Below, piece by piece: positions 45,082-54,385 of a stretch of DNA of 64,000 bases. Location of the stretch: NCBI GenBank assembly GCA_965205265.1, contig CBDBGH010000003.1:3040001-3104000 (forward strand), read 5' to 3'. Origin of the DNA: Alphaproteobacteria bacterium. GTDB lineage: Bacteria > Pseudomonadota > Alphaproteobacteria > Bin95. Position numbers and translations under genes: made by a program. Below the pieces are notes generated by a model, which worked only from the letters and a program-made list of their open reading frames with translations, searched no databases and had not been told where the DNA came from. Numbering within the stretch: the stretch's first letter is position 1; every line of letters starts with the position of its first letter.

Positions 45082-46170
45082 CTACTGCCGGGTCCCAGCC
45101 CAAGCACCGACCATGACTCCCCGACCCCCGCCGGCTTCCGTCCATTCGGCACCGGCCGTGCCCGCCGCCAAACGCGGACCGCCTGCCCGGCTCGGGACAT
45201 TCGAGAACCGGCCGCCCCATGAACCGCTTGTCTGCGTCACGGTCGCGTCGTCGCGTTCCACGACTACATCCCGATTCCTGAAAGCGCCGTCCGATCCGAA
45301 GGACGCCGCGCCCAGACGCAGCCGCGCCGGAACATGGACACTCTCGAATGCCTGCGTTTGCCCGTTCGCATCGGTGGCAACCCCGGTCACGTACACGCCG
45401 CCATTGCATCCGATACAGCCGGAGATGGTGTTCGTGGCGAAATTGGCCGTGAGAGTTGTGGCGCCCTCGAACTCGCCGATCTCCACGACTCCCGAAGATC
45501 CGTAGCCATAGCCGTAAAGACCGGCACCCTGCCCTGAGTAGGTGGCCGTGCCGAGGTTCGGCAGCGTCGGCGCGCCTGAGATTTCCGGGCCGTCCACAAA
45601 GGCTCCGATTTCTGCGCCGGTAATCTGCAGGGGGGCTGTGCGTCCCTCAAGGTGCATCCAGTAGCCGCCGGCCATGTAGTCGGTCGGGTTGGCGTTGTTC
45701 CAGTTGGTATAGACCGCCGCGACCGAGACGCTGGTGCCGGTATGGGTCAGAAGCGCATCGCCGCGATAGGAGTAGCCCGACAAAATCGGTACGTAGTCTT
45801 CGCTGCCGATCCGGTCGGTCGCCGCATCGAAAACGAGACGGCTTCCGTCATTTCGCCGGACTGTCAGCCGCACATCGCGGCCATCGAATGAGGCGGAGGC
45901 CGCATCGCCTGTAATGCCCGCAACCGAACCGGCGTTCGACGACTGGGTAACACTGCCGAAGTTCGGGAGATTGCCCGCCGCTTGTGCGCCGGCGCTGCGG
46001 GTCGCATCGGGATTGGCGGCCCGAACATCGCCAAGGCTGGGAGCCGCGCCGGGATTGGGGTTAGGGGGCGCACCGGGACCGGACGGCCCTCCGTTCGAGG
46101 CGGTTCCTCCGCCTCCGCATGCTGCAAGGACGAAAACAGCGGTCAACGCCGCCAAAGTGCGAAAAGTCAT
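45082..46170 (-). CDS. TbpB-like surface lipoprotein (likely Slam substrate)
   Basis: Lipobox LAAC-GGGG, Gly/Pro linker, DYMAGGYW, GTATYSGQGAG, TLTANF, GSWGGRF barrel. Confidence 0.78.
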   Translation of the reverse strand: MTFRTLAALTAVFVLAACGGGGTASNGGPSGPGAPPNPNPGAAPSLGDVRAANPDATRSAGAQAAGNLPNFGSVTQSSNAGSVAGITGDAASASFDGRDVRLTVRRNDGSRLVFDAATDRIGSEDYVPILSGYSYRGDALLTHTGTSVSVAAVYTNWNNANPTDYMAGGYWMHLEGRTAPLQITGAEIGAFVDGPEISGAPTLPNLGTATYSGQGAGLYGYGYGSSGVVEIGEFEGATTLTANFATNTISGCIGCNGGVYVTGVATDANGQTQAFESVHVPARLRLGAASFGSDGAFRNRDVVVERDDATVTQTSGSWGGRFSNVPSRAGGPRLAAGTAGAEWTEAGGGRGVMVGAWAGTRQ

Positions 46171-46516
46171 GTACATTCCCTTCCTGTTGCACCCGGCGGG
46201 GTCGCCGGGCTGTTGCAAACGTTCCCAGGATTCAGGAAGGTCCCCGCCTATTCGCCAAGCGCGGGGGAGCTACCCCTTTGCCGGGTTCGGCTGTTCTATT
46301 CAGCGGGCAACCCGGCACATGCCGAGAGCCCTGGGAACGTTTGCGAGAACCAGTCTGCTTTGTGAAAATCGTCGATGCAAGCGAGGCATGATCACGGCAA
46401 TACCGCGTGCCGGTTGCCGCCCATGTCGATCGGCGCGCCGTCAGGCGCATTGCGGGTGGGCCGGACCGCGCATACCCCTCGGACGCGACTCGACTCTCGC
46501 CGGACCGAAGATACCG

Positions 46517-46666
46517 ATGACAGACGAGCCGAAGCGACCGCGTGGACGGCCCGTCGAGAAGCGGATGCCGGAACTGGTCCCGGGCGCGCCGGAGAGCAGT
46601 ACCCGCGTGATTGTGGCCGGGCCGCCGAAGATGGAGTGGGACTACCTCAAGCGCGAGGGCGAATAG
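46517..46666 (+). CDS. 49-aa AT-hook-motif peptide
   Basis: MTDEPKRPRGRPVEKRMPE...GPPKMEWDYLKREGE. Confidence 0.5.
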   Translation: MTDEPKRPRGRPVEKRMPELVPGAPESSTRVIVAGPPKMEWDYLKREGE

Positions 46667-47032
46667 GTTTTGCCAGTGCGAATGAAGGACCGTCAGCTCA
46701 GATAATGGCTTGGGTCATGGCCCACTCGTTCATCGGAGGCGGAATTTGGCTTTCCCTTGAGATGAGGAATCCTGCACTAGCCATAGTCCCGGCCATACCG
46801 GACTTCTTCGTCATTCGCTGGTTCGGATGAACCGGACGGTCCCGTTCGGGATCGCGTGAGGCATGTGAGTAATCTGGCATGCGATCCCCATCAACACGCA
46901 TATGAATTCACTATAAAAAGTTCTATAATCTGTGAATTATTACTTTTTTACAGCATTTTATAACTCTCCAATCGTTATATAATTCCACAGCATCACATAA
47001 TCCGGAGACCGGCTTCGGCAAACGCCCGGCGC

Positions 47033-47527
47033 TCAGGATGCAAGACCGCGTTCCGCCGCTCTGCGGTCCGCTCCGGCCGCTATCTCCGCCCCGCGCGCAC
47101 TGCCGAAATGGGCAGCCAGAAGCGCGTCCCGCTCCTGCCTGAGACCCCGCCCGGCCATGTCCAGCAGCACCGCATCGAAGAGGAACGCCGCCATCGCCGC
47201 CTGCTCCGCAATCTGTCCGCTGCCCGGCATACGCCCCGCCAGGTCCCTCACGCCGTCGAGCAGGGCCTGCTGCTGCGCCGCGTCCAGCACAAGGCCCTCC
47301 GCGCCCGGCGGCGGCCAGTCAACGCCCTTGTCGATGAGAGCCGCCGCCTCCATGGCGCAGTCGATCAGGTAGCGCGAGATCGTCTTGCCCGCTGCATCGG
47401 CAAGCCGGCGGATACGGGCCCACTCCGCGTCCGTGCAGGAAATCGACAGATGGACCCCCGAAATCCTGTCCTTCGGACCGGGGCGCTTGCGGCCGGTCGC
47501 GCCTCTCCCCGTGGCCGCCCGCCTCAC
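47033..47527 (-). CDS. MobC-like ribbon-helix-helix protein (third of trio)
   Basis: SISCTDAEWARIRRLADAAGKTISRYLIDCA. Confidence 0.72.
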   Translation of the reverse strand: MRRAATGRGATGRKRPGPKDRISGVHLSISCTDAEWARIRRLADAAGKTISRYLIDCAMEAAALIDKGVDWPPPGAEGLVLDAAQQQALLDGVRDLAGRMPGSGQIAEQAAMAAFLFDAVLLDMAGRGLRQERDALLAAHFGSARGAEIAAGADRRAAERGLAS

Positions 47528-47844
47528 CGCATCGCCTCCGCCGTGAGCGCACGATAGACGAAGGCGAGCGCCTCCAGTGCCGTCGCCTCGATGCCCGACA
47601 ACGGCTCCCGCAGCGCCGCGTCCAGCGCCGTCAGACGCTCAACGCCCTCGACAAGCCCCCGTTGCTCCTCATCGCTCAAGACAAGAGCCTCACCGGTCGG
47701 ACCCTCGCCAAGGGCCGCAGCATTGCGCAGGCCGCTGGCAATCACGAACCGCGAGACCGGGTCCCCCAGCTTCGCCGCCGCCGCCTGGATCGTCGCCTTC
47801 TCCAACGGCGTGCAGTAGAGCGTCCGCTGCCGCGCCTTCCTCAT
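47524..47844 (-). CDS. MobC-like ribbon-helix-helix protein (second of trio)
   Basis: TLYCTPLEKATIQAAAAKLGDPVSRFVIASGL. Confidence 0.7.
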   Translation of the reverse strand: MRKARQRTLYCTPLEKATIQAAAAKLGDPVSRFVIASGLRNAAALGEGPTGEALVLSDEEQRGLVEGVERLTALDAALREPLSGIEATALEALAFVYRALTAEAMR

Positions 47845-48161
47845 CCCAGGCCCTCCTCCGCCGCCAGCTGCGCATCGACCTCGGCGGCCACCCGTTCCCA
47901 GGTCTCTTCCTCGCCCTCCCGGCCCGCCATGCGCTGCTGTTCGATCCGCGACAGGATCATGACCTCCCGCAGCACCCGGCGCAGCAGTTCCGGCGAGGGG
48001 TCCGCCGCCGCCGCCGGCGTCTCCGCCGGGCCTGCCAGCCGGTGCGCGATATAACGCGAGAACGGCATGCCGGCCGTCTTCGCGCGCGCACCGATGCGGT
48101 CCCTCTCACGGTCGGTCAGCAACACGGCGCGCTGCCTGCGTTTTCCCTCGGGTCCCCTCAT
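47841..48161 (-). CDS. MobC-like ribbon-helix-helix protein (first of trio)
   Basis: AVLLTDRERDRIGARAKTAGMPFSRYIAHRL; purine-rich RBS-like sequence upstream. Confidence 0.7.
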   Translation of the reverse strand: MRGPEGKRRQRAVLLTDRERDRIGARAKTAGMPFSRYIAHRLAGPAETPAAAADPSPELLRRVLREVMILSRIEQQRMAGREGEEETWERVAAEVDAQLAAEEGLG

Positions 48162-48472
48162 TGGCCTCTGTTCCTTTCCCGTCGATAGCGATACAATGGG
48201 CCTGTCACAGCGCACTCATAGGTCCACTATCCTATATGCATCTCCGTAGCACTATCCCGATATCCCCGACGTCATGCCCGGCAAAAGAAGCTCCAATGCC
48301 TGCCCATCATCGAATCCTTCAATCCAGTTCCCGAATTTCCACAGAAATCACCCATCGCTGTCACCCATTGTCATAGCTATACAAGATTACCACCCTTGAC
48401 TGGCTCCCGAATGCATTGCAGGATAAGCCTTCCATGGGAGACAGGCAACGCTATACAAATAGTTAACAGGCT

Positions 48473-50125
48473 CTAACGGAATATTCGTTCGGTTACACCG
48501 AGCCCGGCCGAAGACAGGTCCGCCTTCTTCCTGAGCGCGCCGGGGTCTTTGCGCCAGACGCGGCCGACATCGTAGAACCCGTATATCTGGTAGCCCTGCA
48601 GAGCCCCGGCGCCGAGATTGTGGCCGTAGCGCACTTCCGCCAGCAGGCAGGCCCCGTCGTCGCCCGTCACCTCCGCGGGGTCGAAAGCCCGGCCGCAGCC
48701 CTCGCCCCCAAGGCCGAATTCCTCCGACGCCAGCAGCTTGGATGCGGCAAGCTGGGACCTGAAATCGGCAAGCAGCGACCAGCGGTCGCCGAGCCGCTGC
48801 AGACGCGATACGTTCAGCCGGAGCCTGGTGAAGTCCGCGCGCCCCTTCTCGCGCGACAGGTCCTTCGAGCCTCTCCGCGACTCGCCCATTACATTCAACC
48901 CCCGGTCGAGGCCCAGTCCGAGCATGTTGACGCCGCCGAGCCCGTCGGCGCTGTCGTAGTGCGCGCCCAGGCTGACGAACCGGACCCGGTCCCTCGAAAG
49001 CCGGTTGTCGAAAATCTTCGTCTCGCTGTTGCGGACGGTAAAGTCGGCGCGCAGCGACAGGTTTTCGGCCCGCGAGCGAATCAACGGGCTCACGAAGCCT
49101 GCACTGAAAGACCGGGATTTGCTTTCGATGTCCAGCTTCCGGAGAAAGTGGCCGGGCTCCGAATCCGTATGGGTGAATTGCAGCTGCAGCTTGTTGCCGT
49201 CGGTGCCGATCTGGCGCTCATGGCCGACCTCCAGATAGGTCAATTCCCGCCTGAGCCGGTCGGCGGTGACGAATCTCGCAGCCGTTCTCTCATGGGCCCC
49301 GGCAAAGGAGTTCAGGCCGGCTCCGAGCCAGAGCTGGGCGGGGCCGTTGAACCTCGTGCCGCGGTTGTCGAGGCGGACGAAGCCGTCCTCCGCATCCTCC
49401 TCGACGAGAATGACCACGTCCGCAGCGCCCGGCGTATCCTCCGCCGGGTTCAGAACCGCCTTCGACGAGATTCCGGGCAGATCCTCGATAAGCAGCAGGT
49501 AACGCTCCAGGTCTGCGATGGACAGCGGCCGCGAATTCACGATCCTCGCCGCATAGGCGTCCAGCAGCGCCTGCTCTCCGCGCAGCTCGCCCTCGATCCG
49601 TACTTCGTGGATATAGCCCTCGACGATCCGGATCCTGACCGCGCCGTCCTCGATCGTCTGCGGCGGCAGGATCGCGCGCGACAGGATATAGCCGTCATTG
49701 CGGTATCTGGCCGTGATCGCGTCGGCGATCGCGAACACCTCGGCAAACGCGATTTTCCGTCCGAGCCGGTCTTCGTACAGGGACGCCAGATCCTCGTCCG
49801 AATACACCGTCGAGCCCTCGACAACCACGCTCTCCAGCACCAGGCTCAACTCTCCCGCCTCGTCCGGCGGCACACGGAAGTCCTTGTCGAAGACCGGGCC
49901 GCGGCGAGGAATTCGCGGTGCCGCCGGCGCCCGCAGGTACCGCTCGATCTGCCCGGGGTCCACCCTCGGGGCCACCTCCGGAGGAATGGCGGGCGACGAT
50001 TGCGCAATTGCCGTTCCGGCAACCGCCGAAAACGCGCAGGCGAACAGCGCCGCCCGCAGAGGGCAATAACCGAAGAGGTCGGCAGGGTTGGAAATCCGGA
50101 AAAGCAATTTGAACCTTGGATACAA
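48473..50125 (-). CDS. ShlB/FhaC/HecB (TpsB) transporter, probably 3'-truncated
   Basis: POTRA domains (YRNDGYILSRAILPPQ, LERYLLLIEDLPG), LDNRG, GRAFD, FYDVG; ends SAGLGVTERIFR without the last strands or terminal aromatic; start uncertain. Confidence 0.82.
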   Translation of the reverse strand: MYPRFKLLFRISNPADLFGYCPLRAALFACAFSAVAGTAIAQSSPAIPPEVAPRVDPGQIERYLRAPAAPRIPRRGPVFDKDFRVPPDEAGELSLVLESVVVEGSTVYSDEDLASLYEDRLGRKIAFAEVFAIADAITARYRNDGYILSRAILPPQTIEDGAVRIRIVEGYIHEVRIEGELRGEQALLDAYAARIVNSRPLSIADLERYLLLIEDLPGISSKAVLNPAEDTPGAADVVILVEEDAEDGFVRLDNRGTRFNGPAQLWLGAGLNSFAGAHERTAARFVTADRLRRELTYLEVGHERQIGTDGNKLQLQFTHTDSEPGHFLRKLDIESKSRSFSAGFVSPLIRSRAENLSLRADFTVRNSETKIFDNRLSRDRVRFVSLGAHYDSADGLGGVNMLGLGLDRGLNVMGESRRGSKDLSREKGRADFTRLRLNVSRLQRLGDRWSLLADFRSQLAASKLLASEEFGLGGEGCGRAFDPAEVTGDDGACLLAEVRYGHNLGAGALQGYQIYGFYDVGRVWRKDPGALRKKADLSSAGLGVTERIFR

Positions 50126-50711
50126 TCACTGCAATTTAGTGCGCACAGTTAAGATTTCTTTCAGGACATCGTCCACAATATCTTGCCGCAGCTCGAGATG
50201 CGCGCCCCGCCTCCTGAAGGATCCGGAGCCCGGGCATTGTGTCTTCCGTCCGCACGGGCTTCGGGTCGCGGAGCCGGAGCCGGTCCGGGCAAGCGGCACG
50301 CCAGCCATCCCTCCCGAACGCTGCCGGTCCAGTCTTCGGGAAAAGCCGGCGCGATAACCGACGCGGCCTCCGCCACGCGGCGTCACGCCGTCCGTCTGCA
50401 TCCCGTGCGGTCCATGCGCTGTCATGATGCTGCTTCCCCCAACAGTCCCCCGAGCCGACGCAATTAGCAGCGGGCAGACCCGGAACAAAATGCTTTTTCA
50501 GGACGAATCCATGCCTCAAGCTTATATGGCCGACTCGCAGCCGGACCTCGGCCCGGGAACGGCCTCCCGGCAGCTCAAGCTCAGGTGGACCGCGGGAGCT
50601 GCTTGAGCCATAGTTATGGAGTCCGGCTCGCCAGCCTCCTGCCGAATGCACTCTCCAGCGAAGGGCGGCAAAGGCGTTCGGCGCGCCGTCCGGATGAACG
50701 GGAGCTCAAAC

Positions 50712-51494
50712 ATGGCGGCGGTGTCACTGGCCGATATCCGGGTTCGGCCCATCCGGTCGGACAATGTCTGGCGCTGGCTTTCCGCAGGATGGAGCGACAT
50801 GTGGCGGCGCCCGGCGATCAGCCTGGGCTACGGGCTGTTCGTCGCCGTGCTGAGCTATCTCGTATTCGCCTGCCTTTACTTCTTCGATGCGGTCTATCTG
50901 TTCCTGCCGCTGGCGGCCGGCTTCATGTTCGGCGGCCCCCTCATCGCCGTCGGCCTCTACGAGATGAGCCGGCGGTACAAGGAGGGCGCGGCGTTCGGCC
51001 TGCCGGACGTTCTGGGCGCGGTTCGGCACGCGCCCCTGCAGCTCGCCTATATGGGGATGGTCCTGCTGCTGTTCGCGCTCCTGTGGATACGGATCGCGAC
51101 GCTGCTGTTCGCTCTCTTCTTCGGCTCTTCGACGCCGCCGCTCGACGGCCTGTTCGAGTCGCTGTTCCTCTCCATGCAGGGCGCGGCCTTCCTCGCGGTC
51201 GGCACCGCGACCGGGGCGGTGCTCGCCTTCGCGGCCTACGCGATTTCGGCGGTTTCCATCCCGTTGATCGTGGACAAGGAGGTGGATGCGATGACGGCGA
51301 CCATCGCAAGCCTCGCTTCCGTTCGCGACAATTTCGTGCCCATGATGCTGTGGGCGTGGCTGATCGCGATCTTCACCGCCGTTGGCATCGCGACGCTGTT
51401 TCTGGGGCTGATCCTGTTCTTCCCGCTATTGGGCCATGCAAGCTGGCACTGCTACCGGGACGTGCTCGGCATGGCGGACGGGGAACCCGCATAG
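50712..51494 (+). CDS. DUF2189 membrane protein
   Basis: WLSAGWSD, GPLIAVGLYEMSR, PLLGHASWHCYRD; commonly next to cco genes. Confidence 0.85.
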   Translation: MAAVSLADIRVRPIRSDNVWRWLSAGWSDMWRRPAISLGYGLFVAVLSYLVFACLYFFDAVYLFLPLAAGFMFGGPLIAVGLYEMSRRYKEGAAFGLPDVLGAVRHAPLQLAYMGMVLLLFALLWIRIATLLFALFFGSSTPPLDGLFESLFLSMQGAAFLAVGTATGAVLAFAAYAISAVSIPLIVDKEVDAMTATIASLASVRDNFVPMMLWAWLIAIFTAVGIATLFLGLILFFPLLGHASWHCYRDVLGMADGEPA

Positions 51495-51507
51495 ACGGAC
51501 CGGCGGC

Positions 51508-51666
51508 TCAACTGTCGCGGTCGCGTTCCTCCTCGTCGATCAGGATGCGCTCCGAGGCGCCGTCGAGATCGTCGAACTGGCCGCTCTTCAAGGCCCAGAG
51601 GAACGCGGCGAGACCGACCAGCCCCAGCAGCAGGGCGGCCGGAATGAGGATCAGCAGCATGTTCAT
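51508..51666 (-). CDS. ccoS: cbb3 oxidase maturation protein
   Basis: LIPAALLLG..AFLWALKSGQFDDLDG. Confidence 0.93.
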   Translation of the reverse strand: MNMLLILIPAALLLGLVGLAAFLWALKSGQFDDLDGASERILIDEEERDRDS

Positions 51667-53876
51667 GCGAAGGGGCTCCGGCCGGCGCGTCCCAGGCGCA
51701 GCGCATTGAGCGTGACCGCGATGGACGAGGCCGACATGGCGGCGGCTGCAATCAGCGGCGTGACATGGCCCGCGACCGCGAGCGGCACTGCGAGCGCATT
51801 GTAGGCCGCCGCCAGCGCGAAGTTCTGAAACACGAGCCGCCGCGCCCGGCGCGCGGTCCGGATGGCGAGCGCAACGCTCTCCAGCCTTTCGCCCTGGAAG
51901 ACGATATCCGCCGCCGTCTGGGCGAGATCGGCGCCCGCCGCGGGCGAAATCGAGGCGTCGGCGCCGGCGAGCGAGGGCGCATCGTTCAGCCCGTCGCCCA
52001 CCATCAGCACGCGGCGGCCCGCCTGTTTCAGCGCATCCAGCCGGGCGAGCTTGTCGGCAGGGCGGGCCCCGGCCTTCCAGGCGTCGATACCAAGGCTTTC
52101 GGCGGCGCTTCGGACCGCAGGCGCCCGGTCGCCCGAGAACAGCTCGACGGCGAAGCCCTGCCGCTTCAGCCATTTTACGAAGGCCGCTGCATCGGGGCGG
52201 AGGCGGTCGGCGAAGCAGAACCGCACCGGCTCCCGGCCCGGGCGGCGAAGCCACAATTCCGGCCCGTCCGCACTGTCGCCGCCCGAGCCGGAAACCCCGC
52301 ACCAGGCGCGGTTGCCGAGCCGGACCTCGTTCTCCCCGGACCCGGCGGCGAGGCCCATCGCCACCTCCTCGCGCACATCCTCGCGGACCGGCGCGGGGCC
52401 GGCGGCCCTGAGCACCGAGCGGCAGAGCGGATGCCGGCTTGCGCCCGCCAGCGACGCCGCCAGCGACAGGTCCTCGTCCCGCAGCGCGTCCCGGCCGGTG
52501 ATTTCGGGGCGCCCGAAGGTGAGCGTGCCCGTCTTGTCGAGAAGAACGGTATCGACCGCGGCGAGGCGCTCCAGCGCGTCGCCGGCCTTGACCAGGACAC
52601 CGTCTCTCAGCAGCCGGTTGCAGGCGACGACCTGCACGGCCGGCACGGCGAGCCCGAGCGCGCAAGGACAGGTGATGATGAGCACGGCGACGCCGATCAG
52701 CAGCGCATCGCGAAACGGCAGCCCGCCGAAGCCCCACCAGCCGGCAAAGGCAAGCAGCGCCAGCCCATGCACGACGGGCGCGTAAAGCCGGGCCGCCCTG
52801 TCGGCGAGGCGCACATAGGCCGCCCGCCCCTGCTCGGCGGCTTCCGCGAGCCGCACGATCTCGTTGAGCAGCGTGCCGTCGCCGGCGGCTGTGGCGGCGA
52901 GCGTCACGGGATCGCCTGCATTGACCGTCCCGGCATAGACCCTGTCTCCCGGCATGGCGGCCTCGGGCACCGCCTCGCCGGTCAGCAGGCTGCGGTCGAT
53001 GACCGTCCGGCCCGAAAGGATGTCGCCGTCCACCGGAATCCGCTCTCCGGCCGCGACCAGCACCCTGGCTCCGGGCCGGACCGCATGGGCCGGAACGAAT
53101 TCGCGCACCCCGTCCGGGCGCAGCACAGTCGCCGGCTGCGCGGCGAGCGCCGCGAGGTTCTCCGCCGTGGAGCGCATCGCGCCGCGCGTCCTCAGGTCGA
53201 GATAGCGGCCGACCAGCAGGAAGAACAGCAGCATGAGCGCGGCGTCGAAATACACGTCCGGCCGCGCGGCCAGCAGCTCGGCGAGGCTGATCGCGGCGGT
53301 GACGCAGACCGCCACCGAAATCGGCAGGTCCATATTGACGCGCCGCGCGGCCAGCGCCCCGGCCGCGGAGCGGAAGAACGGCAGGCCCGCATAGGCGATC
53401 GCCGGCAGCGCGACGAGCGCCGATATCCAGTGCATGAGCGCCCGCGTGCTCTCCGCCATGCCGGAAGGGCCGCCGGCCCAGACCGCGATGGAGAGCAGCA
53501 TCACGTTTCCCGCGGCGAAACCGGCGACCGCAAGCGCGCGCAGCAGGCCGGCCTCTTCCTGCCGGCCCGCGCTGGAAAACGCCGCCGGGCTGTAGGGCAC
53601 CGCCGGATAGCCTAGCCGGTCGAGGGACTCCACCAGAGCTCCGGGATCGGCCGCGCCGTCGCGCCAGGCAAGGCGCAGCCTGCGGGCCGTGAGGTTCACC
53701 CGCGCATCGACGACGCCCGGCTCGGCGCGCATGGCGCTCTCGACGGTGGCGATGCACTGCGCGCAATGCACGCCGTTCACCAGCAGGTTGAGCGACGCCG
53801 TGCCATTCCCGTCCCGCTCGACGAAGGCCGACAGGTCGTCGGCCGGGGCGGCGGGCGTTTCGGCGGTCACGCTCAC
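51663..53876 (-). CDS. ccoI: Cu P1B-type ATPase FixI/CcoI
   Basis: CAQC, TGE, CPC, DKTGT, GDGLNDAP. Confidence 0.93.
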   Translation of the reverse strand: MSVTAETPAAPADDLSAFVERDGNGTASLNLLVNGVHCAQCIATVESAMRAEPGVVDARVNLTARRLRLAWRDGAADPGALVESLDRLGYPAVPYSPAAFSSAGRQEEAGLLRALAVAGFAAGNVMLLSIAVWAGGPSGMAESTRALMHWISALVALPAIAYAGLPFFRSAAGALAARRVNMDLPISVAVCVTAAISLAELLAARPDVYFDAALMLLFFLLVGRYLDLRTRGAMRSTAENLAALAAQPATVLRPDGVREFVPAHAVRPGARVLVAAGERIPVDGDILSGRTVIDRSLLTGEAVPEAAMPGDRVYAGTVNAGDPVTLAATAAGDGTLLNEIVRLAEAAEQGRAAYVRLADRAARLYAPVVHGLALLAFAGWWGFGGLPFRDALLIGVAVLIITCPCALGLAVPAVQVVACNRLLRDGVLVKAGDALERLAAVDTVLLDKTGTLTFGRPEITGRDALRDEDLSLAASLAGASRHPLCRSVLRAAGPAPVREDVREEVAMGLAAGSGENEVRLGNRAWCGVSGSGGDSADGPELWLRRPGREPVRFCFADRLRPDAAAFVKWLKRQGFAVELFSGDRAPAVRSAAESLGIDAWKAGARPADKLARLDALKQAGRRVLMVGDGLNDAPSLAGADASISPAAGADLAQTAADIVFQGERLESVALAIRTARRARRLVFQNFALAAAYNALAVPLAVAGHVTPLIAAAAMSASSIAVTLNALRLGRAGRSPFA

Positions 53877-54385
53877 CGCGTCACCAGGATTTCGTCTTCG
53901 GCCCGGAAGCGGCGCCCGGCCCCGTCCCGCAGCTCGATGACGACCCTCCAGCGGCCCGCCGCGAGAGGCGGGCCCGCGGCCTCGTAGAGTCCGGGCGCGG
54001 TCTCGACGATGTCCAGAGTGCGGTCCTCGGAATCGCTGGCCGGACGCCCGATCTGCGCCGCGCCGGAGAGCCCGGCCACGGCCGCGCCGGCGGCGTCGCG
54101 CAGATGCAGCCGGACGGTTCCGCTCTCCTCCCGGACTTCGGCGCGCCAACCGAGCGCCTGCTGGCGTTCGGCGCGCTCCAGCACCCGGTTGTACTCGAGC
54201 CCCTCGCGATAGGCGTCGCGCGCGGTCGTGCCGGGGTGGGAGGTCAGCGAGAAATAGATGAACGCGCCGTTGACGGCGAAGACCAGGAAGAAGAACCCGA
54301 GCAGCATCGCCAATACGCGCCGGCCCGTAAGTGCACCGGGCTGCCGGCCGGGCGCATCGCTCCTCTTTGCCGACCGGACGCTCAC
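53873..54385 (-). CDS. ccoH: FixH/CcoH
   Basis: LTGRRVL..FF..VFAVN, QQALGW; synteny. Confidence 0.9.
   Translation of the reverse strand: MSVRSAKRSDAPGRQPGALTGRRVLAMLLGFFFLVFAVNGAFIYFSLTSHPGTTARDAYREGLEYNRVLERAERQQALGWRAEVREESGTVRLHLRDAAGAAVAGLSGAAQIGRPASDSEDRTLDIVETAPGLYEAAGPPLAAGRWRVVIELRDGAGRRFRAEDEILVTR

Noticed and set aside
50126-50700. Short ORFs between tpsB and DUF2189 as a TpsA remnant
   Set aside because: No recognisable motifs or consistent reading frame
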